Assembly: GCA_044229845.1 (NCBI GenBank) | Contig: JBGASG010000007.1 | Coordinates: 192,001-256,000 of the forward strand | DNA from: Candidatus Obscuribacteraceae bacterium | Lineage (GTDB): Bacteria; Cyanobacteriota; Vampirovibrionia; Obscuribacterales; Obscuribacteraceae | Direction: 5' to 3' | Length of the DNA stretch: 64,000 bases | Part shown: piece by piece, positions 19,928-30,842 of the stretch | How the letters are laid out: each line of letters starts with the position of its first letter | Position numbering within the stretch: the stretch's first letter is position 1 | Notes under the pieces: model-generated | The model's database searches: none | What the model was told of the DNA's origin: nothing | Seen by the model: the letters and a program-made list of their open reading frames with translations, nothing else | Translations under genes and position numbers: made by a program

Positions 19928-20248
19928 GTTTTGTACTCCTGTTGGCAAGTGCTTTCCGATGGAAAGCGTGGGCGACCTAGCAAATGAGATTTTTCAAGAG
20001 ACGCTCATCTACAGGGAGAGACGGGAAGGAGACACGCCTGCTTACGTTGCAAACAGATCTCAGCGAACGTCTTCGAAGATATGCATTTGTGGTGCTAAAA
20101 AGACTATCAAATAGACACTGTAGATAGAGTATCCGCGCCCTAATTCGCGCGGAATTAATCTCGCCGCCGCAGTCGAGGCGCATGGCAAGCAGAACTTCGC
20201 TGGACCGCCGTCTGCGGAATTCGAGCTTATGTAATCTGCGGACGCAGA

Positions 20249-20893
20249 CTAAATGGGGCTGTCGTCGTCGTCGTTCTTGCCGAAGTTGTTTGAGTTGTCG
20301 AACTGGTTAACGTCGGCTGCTCCGGAACGCTCCCACGCGTTCAAACTTTGTGTCTTGTTGGTCTGGATCTTCATTGTCAGAGTGCGCAAAATCGTCAGAC
20401 GCGCTCTCTTGATGAGAGGAAACTTGTAGCTGCCAACCCAGCCGTCACCGACCGGCGGTGTGTAGACGATCGCTGGAGGAATGGGCACTTCCTTCCTGTC
20501 ACCGGTCACCGGGTCGGTCATCGGCATTGTCTGGCGGCCGAAGGTGAGCACAGTGTTCATGATTTTGGAGCCCGGCAGGTTCATCAAATCCGCTCCGGAA
20601 GTGATGCAAATCAGAGCGGCGAGAAGGAAGAACGGACCATAAAGCAAATGGTGATAAAGCGATCGGCGCTCAACGATCAAAGACTTGTCACTGGACGGCA
20701 GGTGCAAGACGTAAGGCGACAGCCAGGTGATCGGGACAAACAGGAATCCGAAATTCTCGAGACCCGTCCAGTACCGGACTCGTCCCTGAATGGCGGCCAG
20801 ATAAGCTTTGTAGCAGAACGAAGCGCCTAGCACGATCATTGCTCCGCCTACGACGAAGCGCAGCGCTGGCAAAAACGTTTCCATTCCTTCCAT
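20249..20893 (-). CDS. Hypothetical membrane protein
   Basis: 214 aa with three hydrophobic segments; AAGGA upstream. Confidence 0.75.
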   Translation of the reverse strand: MEGMETFLPALRFVVGGAMIVLGASFCYKAYLAAIQGRVRYWTGLENFGFLFVPITWLSPYVLHLPSSDKSLIVERRSLYHHLLYGPFFLLAALICITSGADLMNLPGSKIMNTVLTFGRQTMPMTDPVTGDRKEVPIPPAIVYTPPVGDGWVGSYKFPLIKRARLTILRTLTMKIQTNKTQSLNAWERSGAADVNQFDNSNNFGKNDDDDSPI

Positions 20894-21198
20894 TTCTGTA
20901 TTCCTTGCAGAGCCCTTTCGGGGCAGAGACCTTTGAGCCTGAGAGCCTTCCTGTCGAATTGTCAGGAGGTATTAACATACCTCAGTTTACACTGCTTCTA
21001 TGCCAATTGTGTGGGTTTAAGTCACTTCCGTAAGCGAAAGTCTGACATCTTTTGGCACATTTCTTAAATTAGAGACCGAACGTGCGTAAGATCTTGCAGC
21101 AGGCAGCGGATGCCCACGCACGAGCTTAACCAGTGACTGATGTTGCTGGGTTGTTGCAGTCGTTTGAGGCCACCGCGAGCAGATTTGAGGAGGCTATC

Positions 21199-23040
21199 GT
21201 GACTCGGCCATTTCGCACCCATTACGCAGGAAAATTGACGGCCACCGACGCCGGTACTCAGGTGACATTGGCCGGCTGGGTGAATGTGCGCCGGGATCTG
21301 GGCGGATTGGTTTTCATCGAGTTGCGAGACCCGAGCGGGAAAGTGCAGCTGGTTGCCGATCCCAATCGCAACAAGGAAGTGCACGATGAATTTTCGACCT
21401 ACAAAAGCGAATATGTGATATCAGTCACCGGCACGGTCAGCAAGCGGCCGCAGGGCAGTGAGAATACCGAAACGGCCACCGGCGCGATTGAGATCTATCC
21501 CGAGTCGACTCAGCTTCTGAACACGGCGCGTCCGTTGCCGTTCTCCTTGCATGATGCCGCCAAAGTAGACGAGGGGTTGCGTCTGAAAAATCGCTACTTC
21601 GACCTGCGCCGGCCGGAAATGCACAACAATCTGGTGACGCGCCACCGCGTTGCGCAGGCAATCAGGCAGTATCTGGACAGTCAGGGTTTCATCGAAGTGG
21701 AAACGCCAATCTTGACGAAAGCCACCCCGGAAGGGGCTCGCGACTTCCTGGTGCCCAGTCGTCTGAATCCGGGACAGTTCTATGCACTGCCACAATCGCC
21801 GCAGCTGTTCAAGCAGACGCTGATGATCAGCGGCGTCGATCGGTATTACCAGATCGCGCGCTGCTTCCGCGATGAAGACTTGCGAGCCGATCGGCAGCCC
21901 GAGTTCACTCAGGTTGATCTGGAGCTCTCTTTCTGCGATGAAGAGGCGGTGATGGCTGTGACTGAAGGACTGGTAAGCGCCGCCTTTCTGTGCGTCGGAC
22001 TGAACATCGAGGGTCCGTTCGAGCGACTGCCGTACAAAGATGCCATGGCTCGATTCGGCTCCGACAAGCCGGATAGACGCTTCGCCCTGGAGCTGCAGGA
22101 TCTGACACCGGTCGCTTTAACCTGCAATTTCAAAGTCTTCAAAGGCGTCTGCGAGTCCGGCGGTCAGCTGAAAGCCCTGGTTGTCACAGGCGGAGCTACC
22201 GGCGTGTCGCGCAAACAGCTTGATCTGTGGACCGACTTTGCCAAAGCCGCCGGCGCCAAGGGGCTCGCCTGGCTGGCGCTGGCGCCGGAGGGTCTGCGCT
22301 CATCGGGCATTCATCAGCATTTCTCGGCGGACGAAATAGCTGAGATGAAGAAACTGAGCGGAGCCGTAGATGGTGACCTTCTGCTTCTGGTTGCCGACAA
22401 ACCGAAGATGGTGGCAAATGTGCTCGGACGCCTGCGGTTGAAACTGGCGGAAGAGCTGAATTTGATCGACGAAAGCCAGCATGACTTGCACTGGATTACC
22501 GAGTTTCCCGCTTTCGAATACGACGAAGGTGAAAAGCGGATGTTCGCCGTCAATCACCCATTCACGAGCCCGCGGCTGGAAGATCTGGATTTGCTGGATA
22601 CAGACCCAGAGAGCTGCCGGGCGCGCGCGTATGACATCATCTACAACGGTGTGGAAATCGGCGGCGGATCGATCAGAATCCATTCTAAAGATGTGCAGGA
22701 ACGGGCTTTCGCCGTGCTGGGACTGACTGCAGAGGAAGCCCGCGATAAGTTCGGATTCTTACTGGATGCGCTGGAATCAGGCGCGCCACCGCATGGCGGG
22801 CTGGCGATCGGACTGGATCGGCTGGTGATGCTTCTGGTTGGAGGCAAGTCGATACGTGACGTGATCGCTTTTCCCAAGACGCAATCCGGAGCCTGTTTGA
22901 TGACCGAGGCACCATCGGCGGCGGCAGAAGCTGCGCTGGCGGAGCTGCACATTCAGTTCAAAAAGCCGGCGGAAGAATCGGGTGGCAAAGCCTCGAAAGA
23001 AGCACAGAAAGATTTAAACGCAGCGCCGGCCAAAAGCTGA
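21199..23040 (+). CDS. aspS: Aspartate--tRNA ligase
   Basis: [43 protein letters not shown] and [15 protein letters not shown] after GAGGAGG. Confidence 0.97.
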   Translation: MTRPFRTHYAGKLTATDAGTQVTLAGWVNVRRDLGGLVFIELRDPSGKVQLVADPNRNKEVHDEFSTYKSEYVISVTGTVSKRPQGSENTETATGAIEIYPESTQLLNTARPLPFSLHDAAKVDEGLRLKNRYFDLRRPEMHNNLVTRHRVAQAIRQYLDSQGFIEVETPILTKATPEGARDFLVPSRLNPGQFYALPQSPQLFKQTLMISGVDRYYQIARCFRDEDLRADRQPEFTQVDLELSFCDEEAVMAVTEGLVSAAFLCVGLNIEGPFERLPYKDAMARFGSDKPDRRFALELQDLTPVALTCNFKVFKGVCESGGQLKALVVTGGATGVSRKQLDLWTDFAKAAGAKGLAWLALAPEGLRSSGIHQHFSADEIAEMKKLSGAVDGDLLLLVADKPKMVANVLGRLRLKLAEELNLIDESQHDLHWITEFPAFEYDEGEKRMFAVNHPFTSPRLEDLDLLDTDPESCRARAYDIIYNGVEIGGGSIRIHSKDVQERAFAVLGLTAEEARDKFGFLLDALESGAPPHGGLAIGLDRLVMLLVGGKSIRDVIAFPKTQSGACLMTEAPSAAAEAALAELHIQFKKPAEESGGKASKEAQKDLNAAPAKS

Positions 23041-23181
23041 AACGACGGCGTGCCATATTTTGGCTGCCCATATCCGGGTAAAACCCTAGGAAAATCCGCG
23101 GAATAGCCGCGTGCGCCGAAAGCTGGGACAAGTGATAAAATCGAAGGAATCTAAGCTTAGAATTGCCCGCGCTATTTACGT

Positions 23182-24021
23182 TTGATGCCTCACGCCTCCC
23201 ATTTACTACAGAAACGAATTCGGACTCTCACTATCGTCGCCGCGGTAGCGATTGGCGCGTCCGGATTTGCTGCTGGATGCGGCGTTATGAAGAACTCCGC
23301 TGAATATCTCATCTCCGGCAATGAGTTTTTCAAGGTTGGCGACTACCCCAAGGCCGAGAAAGACTATCGTGAGGCGCTTAAGCGTTCGGCTACCCCTGTT
23401 GAGCGGGCCACAGCCCTCAACAACCTGGGTGTAGTTTTGAACGAGGAAGGGCAGTACGGGCAGGCGGTTGAAGTCTTCAAAGAAGGGCTGGGCATCGATC
23501 CCAAGAACGTGATTGCCACTTACGCGATGGCACAGGCGCTGGTGAATCTCAAGCGGTACGACGAAGCCATCGAGATGGCGCGCAAGGCCATCGAGATCAA
23601 TCCGGATGAAGCCGGCGGGCACCGGGCTCTGGCTGATGCCGCATTTGCCAAAGGCGATTACCAGACGGCCTCCGACGAATACCGCTACCTGACGCAAGCC
23701 GATGCCGACGATGACGAAGCTCATCAAAATCTGGCCAAAGCACAAGCCGCCAACGGCGACCCTGAAGGTGCGATGGTCGAAAATCAAAAAGCTATCGAGA
23801 TTAATCCCGACAATGCGCTGGCGATTACGCAGAAGGCCGAGTTGCATCTCAAGAAGGGAGACCGCGCGGCTGCTCTGGCCGAAGTCGAAAAGGCGCTGGA
23901 CAAAGATCCGGATTTGAAGCCGGCGAAAGACTTGCTCAGCCAGCTACAAGGCAGCTCGGAAGCCAGTCGCGCCACCGGCACCGGCACTGCCGCGTCACAG
24001 ACGACTGAGACCACCAACTAA
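23182..24021 (+). CDS. TPR-repeat lipoprotein
   Basis: FAAGC lipobox-like motif and multiple TPRs (ALNNLGVVL). Confidence 0.85.
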   Translation: MMPHASHLLQKRIRTLTIVAAVAIGASGFAAGCGVMKNSAEYLISGNEFFKVGDYPKAEKDYREALKRSATPVERATALNNLGVVLNEEGQYGQAVEVFKEGLGIDPKNVIATYAMAQALVNLKRYDEAIEMARKAIEINPDEAGGHRALADAAFAKGDYQTASDEYRYLTQADADDDEAHQNLAKAQAANGDPEGAMVENQKAIEINPDNALAITQKAELHLKKGDRAAALAEVEKALDKDPDLKPAKDLLSQLQGSSEASRATGTGTAASQTTETTN

Positions 24022-24157
24022 CGCGCGCTATTAGCTTGTTTCTGATCTCTGTCGGCAGATCTTTTTTGGGGCTGGCATTGAACTTTTTTTGCCTCTTGGC
24101 CGTTTAAAAGTAAAGACAACAAATGCAGTTCGGCGCCCTACGGCTATGGAGGTGTCT

Positions 24158-25711
24158 ATGTTTGCACGTGTCCTATCAGGCAGCGTCAGCGGAGTTGAGG
24201 CCTATCGAATTGATGTGGAGGTGGTTTGCCGCAGTGGTATTGGACAGATCAATATTGTCGGATTGCCCGATGCAGCTGTTAAAGAGGCGCAGGACAGAGT
24301 GCGTTCAGCGATCACAGCTTGCGAATATTTGATGCCTTCATGCAGCAAGTGGGTGATCAACCTTGCACCGGCCGACATGCGCAAGGCGGGGCCAGCCTTC
24401 GACTTGCCGATGGCGGTGGGCATGCTGGCTTCGAGCGGGCGCCTCTGCCAGGAACATCTGGGTGATTTCTGGCTGGTCGGTGAAGTTGGATTGGACGGAT
24501 CGATTCGTCCGATTTCCGGGGTGCTGCCGATTGCCATGGCCTGTTTGCGAGAGGGGGTGACCAAGATGATCGTGCCCGAGGCCAATGCCGCAGAAGCGGC
24601 GCTGGTAGTGGGACTGGATGTCTATCCAGTCAGCCATCTAAAGCAGGTTTGCGCATTGCTCAATGACCCTACCAGCGGTGCGCGCTATTATGTCAATCAC
24701 GAGGAAACCTTCGCGCGGTTGTCGCGGAACGGACGCTTCGACATTGATTACATTGATGTGAAAGGACAGGAGTACGCTAAGCGTGCCATGGCGATCGCCG
24801 CGGCCGGACGCCACAATCTATTGATGGTCGGACCGCCCGGTACCGGCAAATCCATGCTTGCCCAGCGGCTGCCGACGATCATGCCGCCGCTGGAATTCGT
24901 TGAAGCTCTAGAGTTGACTAAGCTCTACAGTGTGGCTGGGCTGCTGGCGTCGAAAGGCGGGATCATAAGCGAGCGACCGTTTCGGTCACCGCACCACAGC
25001 GCCTCCATGAGTGGTCTCGTCGGTGGTGGCAACTATCCCCGCCCGGGAGAGATTTCTTTGAGTCACCTCGGCGTGCTGTTTCTGGATGAGCTGACTGAAT
25101 TTCCGCGTCACTATCTGGACTGTCTGCGGCAGCCGCTGGAAAGCGGACAGGTGACAATCAGCCGTGCCAATCTCAGCCTTACCTATCCGGCACAGTTCTT
25201 GCTGGTCTGTGCCTGCAACCCCTGTCCATGCGGCTATCGCGGTGACCCGTATCGCAGCTGCACCTGTTCGTCTGGGCAGGCAGATCGGTACTGGTCGCGA
25301 CTGTCTGGACCATTTTTGGATCGGTTGGATTTAAATGTTCCAGTCGGACGTTTGTCTGCTGAAGACATTAACGGTCTGGGGACCGCTCCCCCCACCAGTT
25401 CGGAAACGCTGCGCTTAAAAGTACTGCGTGCAGTAGATCGGCAGAAGGAGCGCAATCAAACAGTCGATTACTTCTACTACAATTCGCAAATGCCGCCGGC
25501 AGCTGTTAAAAAGTTCTGTCCGATCGGCGAACAAGCACGCCAGTTAATGTCGCGAGCCGTTGACAGGATGGGACTGAGCGCTCGTGGGCACGACCGGATA
25601 CTGCGGGTGGCTCGCACCATTGCCGATCTGGATGGATTCGATGACGTGACTTTGTCGCATGTTGCAGAAGCAATAAGCTATCGGCTGCTCAGACAGCCGA
25701 TACCCTTCTAG
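24158..25711 (+). CDS. comM: YifB/ComM Mg-chelatase-like AAA+ ATPase
   Basis: IVGLPD, NLAPAD, GPPGTGKSML, PFRSPHH, LFLDE, NPCPCG and SGPFLDR. Confidence 0.93.
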   Translation: MFARVLSGSVSGVEAYRIDVEVVCRSGIGQINIVGLPDAAVKEAQDRVRSAITACEYLMPSCSKWVINLAPADMRKAGPAFDLPMAVGMLASSGRLCQEHLGDFWLVGEVGLDGSIRPISGVLPIAMACLREGVTKMIVPEANAAEAALVVGLDVYPVSHLKQVCALLNDPTSGARYYVNHEETFARLSRNGRFDIDYIDVKGQEYAKRAMAIAAAGRHNLLMVGPPGTGKSMLAQRLPTIMPPLEFVEALELTKLYSVAGLLASKGGIISERPFRSPHHSASMSGLVGGGNYPRPGEISLSHLGVLFLDELTEFPRHYLDCLRQPLESGQVTISRANLSLTYPAQFLLVCACNPCPCGYRGDPYRSCTCSSGQADRYWSRLSGPFLDRLDLNVPVGRLSAEDINGLGTAPPTSSETLRLKVLRAVDRQKERNQTVDYFYYNSQMPPAAVKKFCPIGEQARQLMSRAVDRMGLSARGHDRILRVARTIADLDGFDDVTLSHVAEAISYRLLRQPIPF

Positions 25712-25799
25712 AAGCAGTCAGCCTCTCGCCGACACGCCTGGATGCGAGGAACCAAAAAGCCGCCGCTGCGTCGATTTAACGACCTGCGGAGGAAAGCTA

Positions 25800-26543
25800 T
25801 TGGCAGATGTATTAGGCACCAGCGTTGCGGCAGCCCGTTTCTATCGAACTTTGATCGAACTATTGCAAGCAAAGCAAATCCCATTTCTGTTGGGCGGCGC
25901 TTATGCGCTCGTTCGCTACGCGCCGATCAGACGCCGCACCAAAGACTTGGATTTATTCGTTCGTCGGTCCGACTGCGCGCGAGTTTTGAAAGCTGCAGAT
26001 CAAGCGGGTTTTCGCACCGAATTAACAGACAAGCAGTGGTTGGCAAAGGTATTCTCAGATCAGTACTTCACCGACATTATCTTCAGTTCGCGCAACGGAA
26101 TTGCCACCGTCGATGATGCCTGGTTTGAGCATGCTGTTACCAGCAATGTGTTCGGGGTGGAGCTGAGCCTCTGCCCTCCCGAGGAAGTTCTCTGGTCCAA
26201 GTCCTATGTCATGGAACGCGATCGATTCGACGGTGCGGACATCGCCAAATTGATTTACACGCGCGGTTCGCGCATGGATTGGGATCGCTTGCAGTGGCGA
26301 TTTTCCGACACATGGCAAATTTTGCTCGCACATGTGACGCTTTACGATTTCATCTATCCAGGCGCACCGGAAGCAATTCCCACCTGGATCCGCGACTGGC
26401 TGCTTTCGCAAGCCTTTCGTCAGTCCGAGAAGGGACATGACACAAGTGAATGTCGTGGACATCTGTTAGCCCAGAGCCAATATCCCACCGACGCTCCGGC
26501 CGAAAAAAGTGGCGAAATTCGTCGTCGCAAACCGGCAGCATGA
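25800..26543 (+). CDS. Nucleotidyltransferase-family protein
   Basis: LLGGAYAL...RRTKDLDLF (GG + DxD) and ERDRFDGAD. Confidence 0.78.
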   Translation: MADVLGTSVAAARFYRTLIELLQAKQIPFLLGGAYALVRYAPIRRRTKDLDLFVRRSDCARVLKAADQAGFRTELTDKQWLAKVFSDQYFTDIIFSSRNGIATVDDAWFEHAVTSNVFGVELSLCPPEEVLWSKSYVMERDRFDGADIAKLIYTRGSRMDWDRLQWRFSDTWQILLAHVTLYDFIYPGAPEAIPTWIRDWLLSQAFRQSEKGHDTSECRGHLLAQSQYPTDAPAEKSGEIRRRKPAA

Positions 26544-26548
26544 CATCA

Positions 26549-26584
26549 TCTAGAATCTCAACCGATATCGGTTGAGATTCTAGA
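26549..26584. repeat. Palindromic repeat copy 1 (36 bp, perfect)
   Basis: TCTAGAATCTCAACCGAT|ATCGGTTGAGATTCTAGA between convergent stops; its end overlaps the lysC stop codon. Confidence 0.95.
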
Positions 26585-27956
26585 CGGCGGCCGCGGCGGA
26601 GAAAAATTCGGAATGTAGCTGCTTGACGGCTTTGTCGGCGTCCGTGTTGTTGACAACGAAGTTGATGTTGATGTCGGAGGCGCCGCCGGAGATAACGATG
26701 ATATTTATGTCGCTGAGGGCTCGGAACACTCGGCCGGCGATGCCGCTTTGTTCACGAAACTGTCGTCCGACAACTGAAACGATGGCTACTTTATCCAGAG
26801 TTTGTAATTCCCCGAATTCGGATAGGTCTTTAAGTAGTGGCTCGGCCTGGTCTTTTGAGTCGATGGTGAGTGCCACCGAGACTTCCGATGTGGCAATCAG
26901 GTCGATGGGTACTTTATGGCGGTCGAAGACCTGGAAGACTTGAGCCAGGAAGCCGTGAGTCATCAACATACGGGGAGAATTGAGGAACAACGCTGTGATG
27001 TCTTTTTTGGCGGCCACGGCGCGTATTGTGCCCGTGGCGCGAGCGGTGGCAGTAATTAGTGTGCCCTGATTCTCTGGATTGAAAGTGTTGAGGATGCGCA
27101 CCGGGATGTTTTGTTCGACGGCTGGTTTGATCGTCAGCGGATGCAAGACCTTGGCGCCAAAATAGGCAAGCTCGGAAGCCTCTTGAAACGAGACTTCATC
27201 CAGCAAGCGAGCCTCTGGTACCACACGAGGATCGGCTGACAGCATGCCGTCGACATCGGTCCAGATCTGAATTTCGCGGGCTTTAATAGCCGCGCCGATA
27301 ATGGAGGCGCTGTAGTCGGAGCCGCCTCTTCCCAGGGTGGTGCTCACACCGTCAGTGGTGGCACCGATAAAACCTTGGGTGAAGACGATTTTCTTCTGCT
27401 TCAACTCCGGCGTGATTAGCTGGCGGCAGCGCTTTTCGACCTCCTCCCAGAGCGGGGAGGCTTTTCCGAAACTGTCGTCGGTGATCATGAAGTTGCGGGC
27501 GTCCAACCAATGCGCATCTATTTTTTGCTGCACCGCGTATGCGGCTAGTATTTTGGAAGACAGCAATTCGCCGATCCCGGATACGGCATCCAGTGAGCGT
27601 TTTGAAAGTTCTCCCAGGTAGGAGATACCTTTGTAGAGAACGTCCAGCTCTTCCAGGTATGGTGTCAGTTCCTCAAGTATTTTTGCCGCCGCATCACTTT
27701 TGCCTAGCAATTCATCAATCGCTTGTTCGTGCTTGTTGAGAATGGCTCTGACTGTCTGAGATGCTTCCGTCAGGTTGTGAGCCAGTGCCTGCTCGGCGCC
27801 GGCAATCAACAAGTTGGTAACGCCGGACATGGCGGATAAGACCACCACCGGCGGTTCTCCTTTTTCCTTGTCCATCGCGCGGGTAGAAAGCGCCAGCACT
27901 TGCTTCATGCGCTCCGCTGAGCCCACGGAGGTGCCGCCAAATTTCATCACCAACAT
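26580..27956 (-). CDS. lysC: Aspartate kinase
   Basis: MKFGGTSVG, VLSAMSGVT, TTLGRGGSDYSA, IWTDVDG, YFGAKVLHP and ACT domains. Confidence 0.95.
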   Translation of the reverse strand: MLVMKFGGTSVGSAERMKQVLALSTRAMDKEKGEPPVVVLSAMSGVTNLLIAGAEQALAHNLTEASQTVRAILNKHEQAIDELLGKSDAAAKILEELTPYLEELDVLYKGISYLGELSKRSLDAVSGIGELLSSKILAAYAVQQKIDAHWLDARNFMITDDSFGKASPLWEEVEKRCRQLITPELKQKKIVFTQGFIGATTDGVSTTLGRGGSDYSASIIGAAIKAREIQIWTDVDGMLSADPRVVPEARLLDEVSFQEASELAYFGAKVLHPLTIKPAVEQNIPVRILNTFNPENQGTLITATARATGTIRAVAAKKDITALFLNSPRMLMTHGFLAQVFQVFDRHKVPIDLIATSEVSVALTIDSKDQAEPLLKDLSEFGELQTLDKVAIVSVVGRQFREQSGIAGRVFRALSDINIIVISGGASDININFVVNNTDADKAVKQLHSEFFSAAAAV

Positions 27957-28067
27957 GACTGGGGAAACCTCATTCCGAACTCCTTCTGGGGAGCAAAAAT
28001 TCAGCCGCAGCAGGCTTGGCTGCGACGGACTGATTCAGGGGTGTACATTCCGGATGGAACCGACGCG

Positions 28068-29381
28068 CTACCGGCGGTAGACGTTCGCTCCCAGTGCTCG
28101 GAATTTTTCTTCGAGATTCTCGTAGCCGCGATCCAGATGATGCAGACCACTGACCTCGGTGATGCCTTCCGCGGCCAGACCGGCGATGATCATCGCCGCT
28201 GCGGCGCGCAAGTCGGTGGACTTCACTTCGGCTCCCATCATGCGCGGAACACCTTTAACCACAGCCACGTTGCCTTTGACTGTGATGTCGGCGCCCATGC
28301 GTCTGAGTTCGGGAACGTGCATGAAGCGGTTTTCGTAAATGGTTTCGGTGACGATTGCGGTGCCTTCGGCGGCGGAAAGAACTGCCATCACAGGGGATTG
28401 CAGGTCGGTGGGGAATGCCGGATAGGGCAATGTCGTGATGTCGGTTGCGCGCGGTTTCTGGCGCATGATCACTTTGATAGTGTCGGGAGCATAGATGGAA
28501 ACCTCAGCGCCCATTTCGCTGATCTTGCTGATCAGTGAGTAGAGGTGGTGAGGATTCAAGCCCTCAATTACGACCTCGCCGCCCGCTGCCAGTGCCGCGA
28601 GAATGAATGTGCCGGCTTCCAGGCGATCGGGGATGGTATCAAATACGCAGGCGTGCAGATCATTTTGCTGTACACCATCTATGGTGATTGCATAAGTGCC
28701 GGCGCCCGAGATGCGCGCTCCCATGGCGCAGAGGAAATCAGCCAGGTTGACGATTTCCGGGTCTTGCGCGGCGTTTTCAATTACAGTTTGTCCGTCGGCC
28801 AGGACGGCTGCCATCATGATGTTTTCGGTGGCACCATTAGACGGGCGATCGAGATAGATGCGAGCGCCCACGAGTTTTTCCGCGCTGGCATGCACGTAAC
28901 CATGATCCGTTTTTACATCTGCGCCCATGAGCTTCAAGCCGCGTTCATGCAAATCGATACGCCGTTCGCCGATGGCGCAGCCGCCCGGCAAAGAAACTTT
29001 GGCTTGCCCAAAACGACCAACCAGCGGACCCAGCACTACGAAGGAAGCGCGCAGCTGGCTGACCAGTTCGTACGGTGCTTCAATGTCGTGAATATCGCGA
29101 GCATCGATGGCTACTTCATTGCCGTTGATGTCGACTTTGGCGCCCAGGTGACGGATGATGGCCGCCATCATCTGCACATCAGTCAGATTGGGGACGTTGC
29201 GCAGCACCGATATATCTTTTGTGAGCAGTGCCGCCGCCATCATTTTCAAGACTGCATTCTTGGCGCCGCCGACACGCACCGAACCGCTGAGCGGCTTGCC
29301 GCCGTGCACGATGATTTTCTCCTCGGGACTGCCGTCGCCGGGGCGGGTTGGTGGATCAAGCCTGGTTGCCTGGGTGCTCAT
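28068..29381 (-). CDS. murA: UDP-N-acetylglucosamine 1-carboxyvinyltransferase
   Basis: GAKNAVL, LPGGCAIG (catalytic Cys), PDRLEAGT, FPTDLQ and HLDRGYE. Confidence 0.97.
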   Translation of the reverse strand: MSTQATRLDPPTRPGDGSPEEKIIVHGGKPLSGSVRVGGAKNAVLKMMAAALLTKDISVLRNVPNLTDVQMMAAIIRHLGAKVDINGNEVAIDARDIHDIEAPYELVSQLRASFVVLGPLVGRFGQAKVSLPGGCAIGERRIDLHERGLKLMGADVKTDHGYVHASAEKLVGARIYLDRPSNGATENIMMAAVLADGQTVIENAAQDPEIVNLADFLCAMGARISGAGTYAITIDGVQQNDLHACVFDTIPDRLEAGTFILAALAAGGEVVIEGLNPHHLYSLISKISEMGAEVSIYAPDTIKVIMRQKPRATDITTLPYPAFPTDLQSPVMAVLSAAEGTAIVTETIYENRFMHVPELRRMGADITVKGNVAVVKGVPRMMGAEVKSTDLRAAAAMIIAGLAAEGITEVSGLHHLDRGYENLEEKFRALGANVYRR

Positions 29382-29648
29382 TTCTGCGAATGCTCCGCGG
29401 ATGTCCTTGTCGAATCGAACAATCAGATTTCGATGGTGACGCGCTTGCGCCCCGATTCGTTTCTTGCTTTGCTTAGGAATGGCTGGGCTTAGTACCTCAG
29501 CTGATTTAACTGTACATGGTGAACGTAAACCCCACGTTAACCAAGAGCTAATTTAGGGGTATCTGGAAGCTTTGCCGACCTAGATCTTTTCACACAATCG
29601 CTGCTGACAACCGGTGCGATGTACACTGGATGGTAGGCTGGGCGGTAA

Positions 29649-30068
29649 ATGTATATGTCGGTGCTGGCGGCGGTAATGAAACGTTATCTGACCTATTTCT
29701 TCACCATCTTCGGTGTCACTGCCGCGCTCCAGGGTTGCTCGATGACCGAGGAGATGCGCCGCATCGAAGCCGTGAAGCGCATGAACGAGCGGGCGGCGGC
29801 GGCGCGTTCAAGCGATCTGACCGGCGAACAAATCTTCATGCGCAGTTGCAACACCTGCCATCCCGGCGGCAAAGAAGGTATGGGTCCGGCTCTCAATCAG
29901 CTCAACAAGCACTTTTCGGAGGATGCAATGCTGGTAGCGTTTCTTCGCAAAGGCAAGGGCACCATGCCCGGCCAGCCTAAAAACACCATCGACGACCAGG
30001 AGATGAGTGGACTGGTCGTCTACGTGCGGGCGCTTTGCGACGACCTCAACGAGAGCAAGTCCAAGTAG
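29649..30068 (+). CDS. Monoheme c-type cytochrome lipoprotein
   Basis: LQGC lipobox, GEQIFMRSCNTCHPGG (CxxCH) and GTMP axial Met. The start may be the later ATG (MKRYL). Confidence 0.88.
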   Translation: MYMSVLAAVMKRYLTYFFTIFGVTAALQGCSMTEEMRRIEAVKRMNERAAAARSSDLTGEQIFMRSCNTCHPGGKEGMGPALNQLNKHFSEDAMLVAFLRKGKGTMPGQPKNTIDDQEMSGLVVYVRALCDDLNESKSK

Positions 30069-30108
30069 GCACAGCGGTCGGCACTACATGCGGTGCCAGT
30101 CCAGTTCG

Positions 30109-30717
30109 CTAGCCGCGCAAAATCCAGAGAATCCATATGATCAACGCTCCATAGGCCGTGAAAAAAATGGTGCGAGTGAGCAGATTGGCGTGTGGCAGGA
30201 TTACGGGCGGCACCGGACTGAAGCGTTTGATACTATCCGGAACTTTCTTTTTGTCAGCCAGATAGTCTGATTGGATGATCATCGGGATCAGTCCGCGGTC
30301 TTTGCCCTGCGGGCGATAGAGGACGAGAATCAATCCCGGACTTATATAAAGCCGCACTACCTGGGTCCAGTTGACCGAGCGCCTTTGCGGCCAGTACGGT
30401 GCCCTGTATTTGATGCCGTAGCCCGAGAGTTGCAGGCTGGATGGGCTGAGGTAGGGTCTGAGACCCAGCAGCAACGCGAGCAACGCAATTGTGATGAAGA
30501 AGCCTTCAATGTTCAAGAAGAGCTTCCAGTTGCCGGAGAGCCACAGCCCTTCCCAGCAATATCGAGCCAGTCCGGCATACACGGCGGAAAGGATGATGCA
30601 AAAAATCAGCTCGGCCGGCTCGCGCGGTTCGACGAAATTGTCCTGCACGTCCTTATCGACGGCGGCGGAAGCGGTCGGCGGATAAAGGTCGGCGTATGGA
30701 TCGAACTCTTCTTCCAT
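30109..30717 (-). CDS. Hypothetical membrane protein
   Basis: 202 aa, three TM segments, and a PH-like GIKYR...VNWTQV stretch. Confidence 0.72.
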   Translation of the reverse strand: MEEEFDPYADLYPPTASAAVDKDVQDNFVEPREPAELIFCIILSAVYAGLARYCWEGLWLSGNWKLFLNIEGFFITIALLALLLGLRPYLSPSSLQLSGYGIKYRAPYWPQRRSVNWTQVVRLYISPGLILVLYRPQGKDRGLIPMIIQSDYLADKKKVPDSIKRFSPVPPVILPHANLLTRTIFFTAYGALIIWILWILRG

Positions 30718-30842
30718 TTATTGCAAAGCTGTCTAAAAACGAATTCTATCTGCCACCGACAACTAAGGTAAGTACCACAATAGCCCATAGAGAGAACCTC
30801 TGACAAGGTGAAAATCCTGGGATAAAGAGTGGTGAGGGCAGC

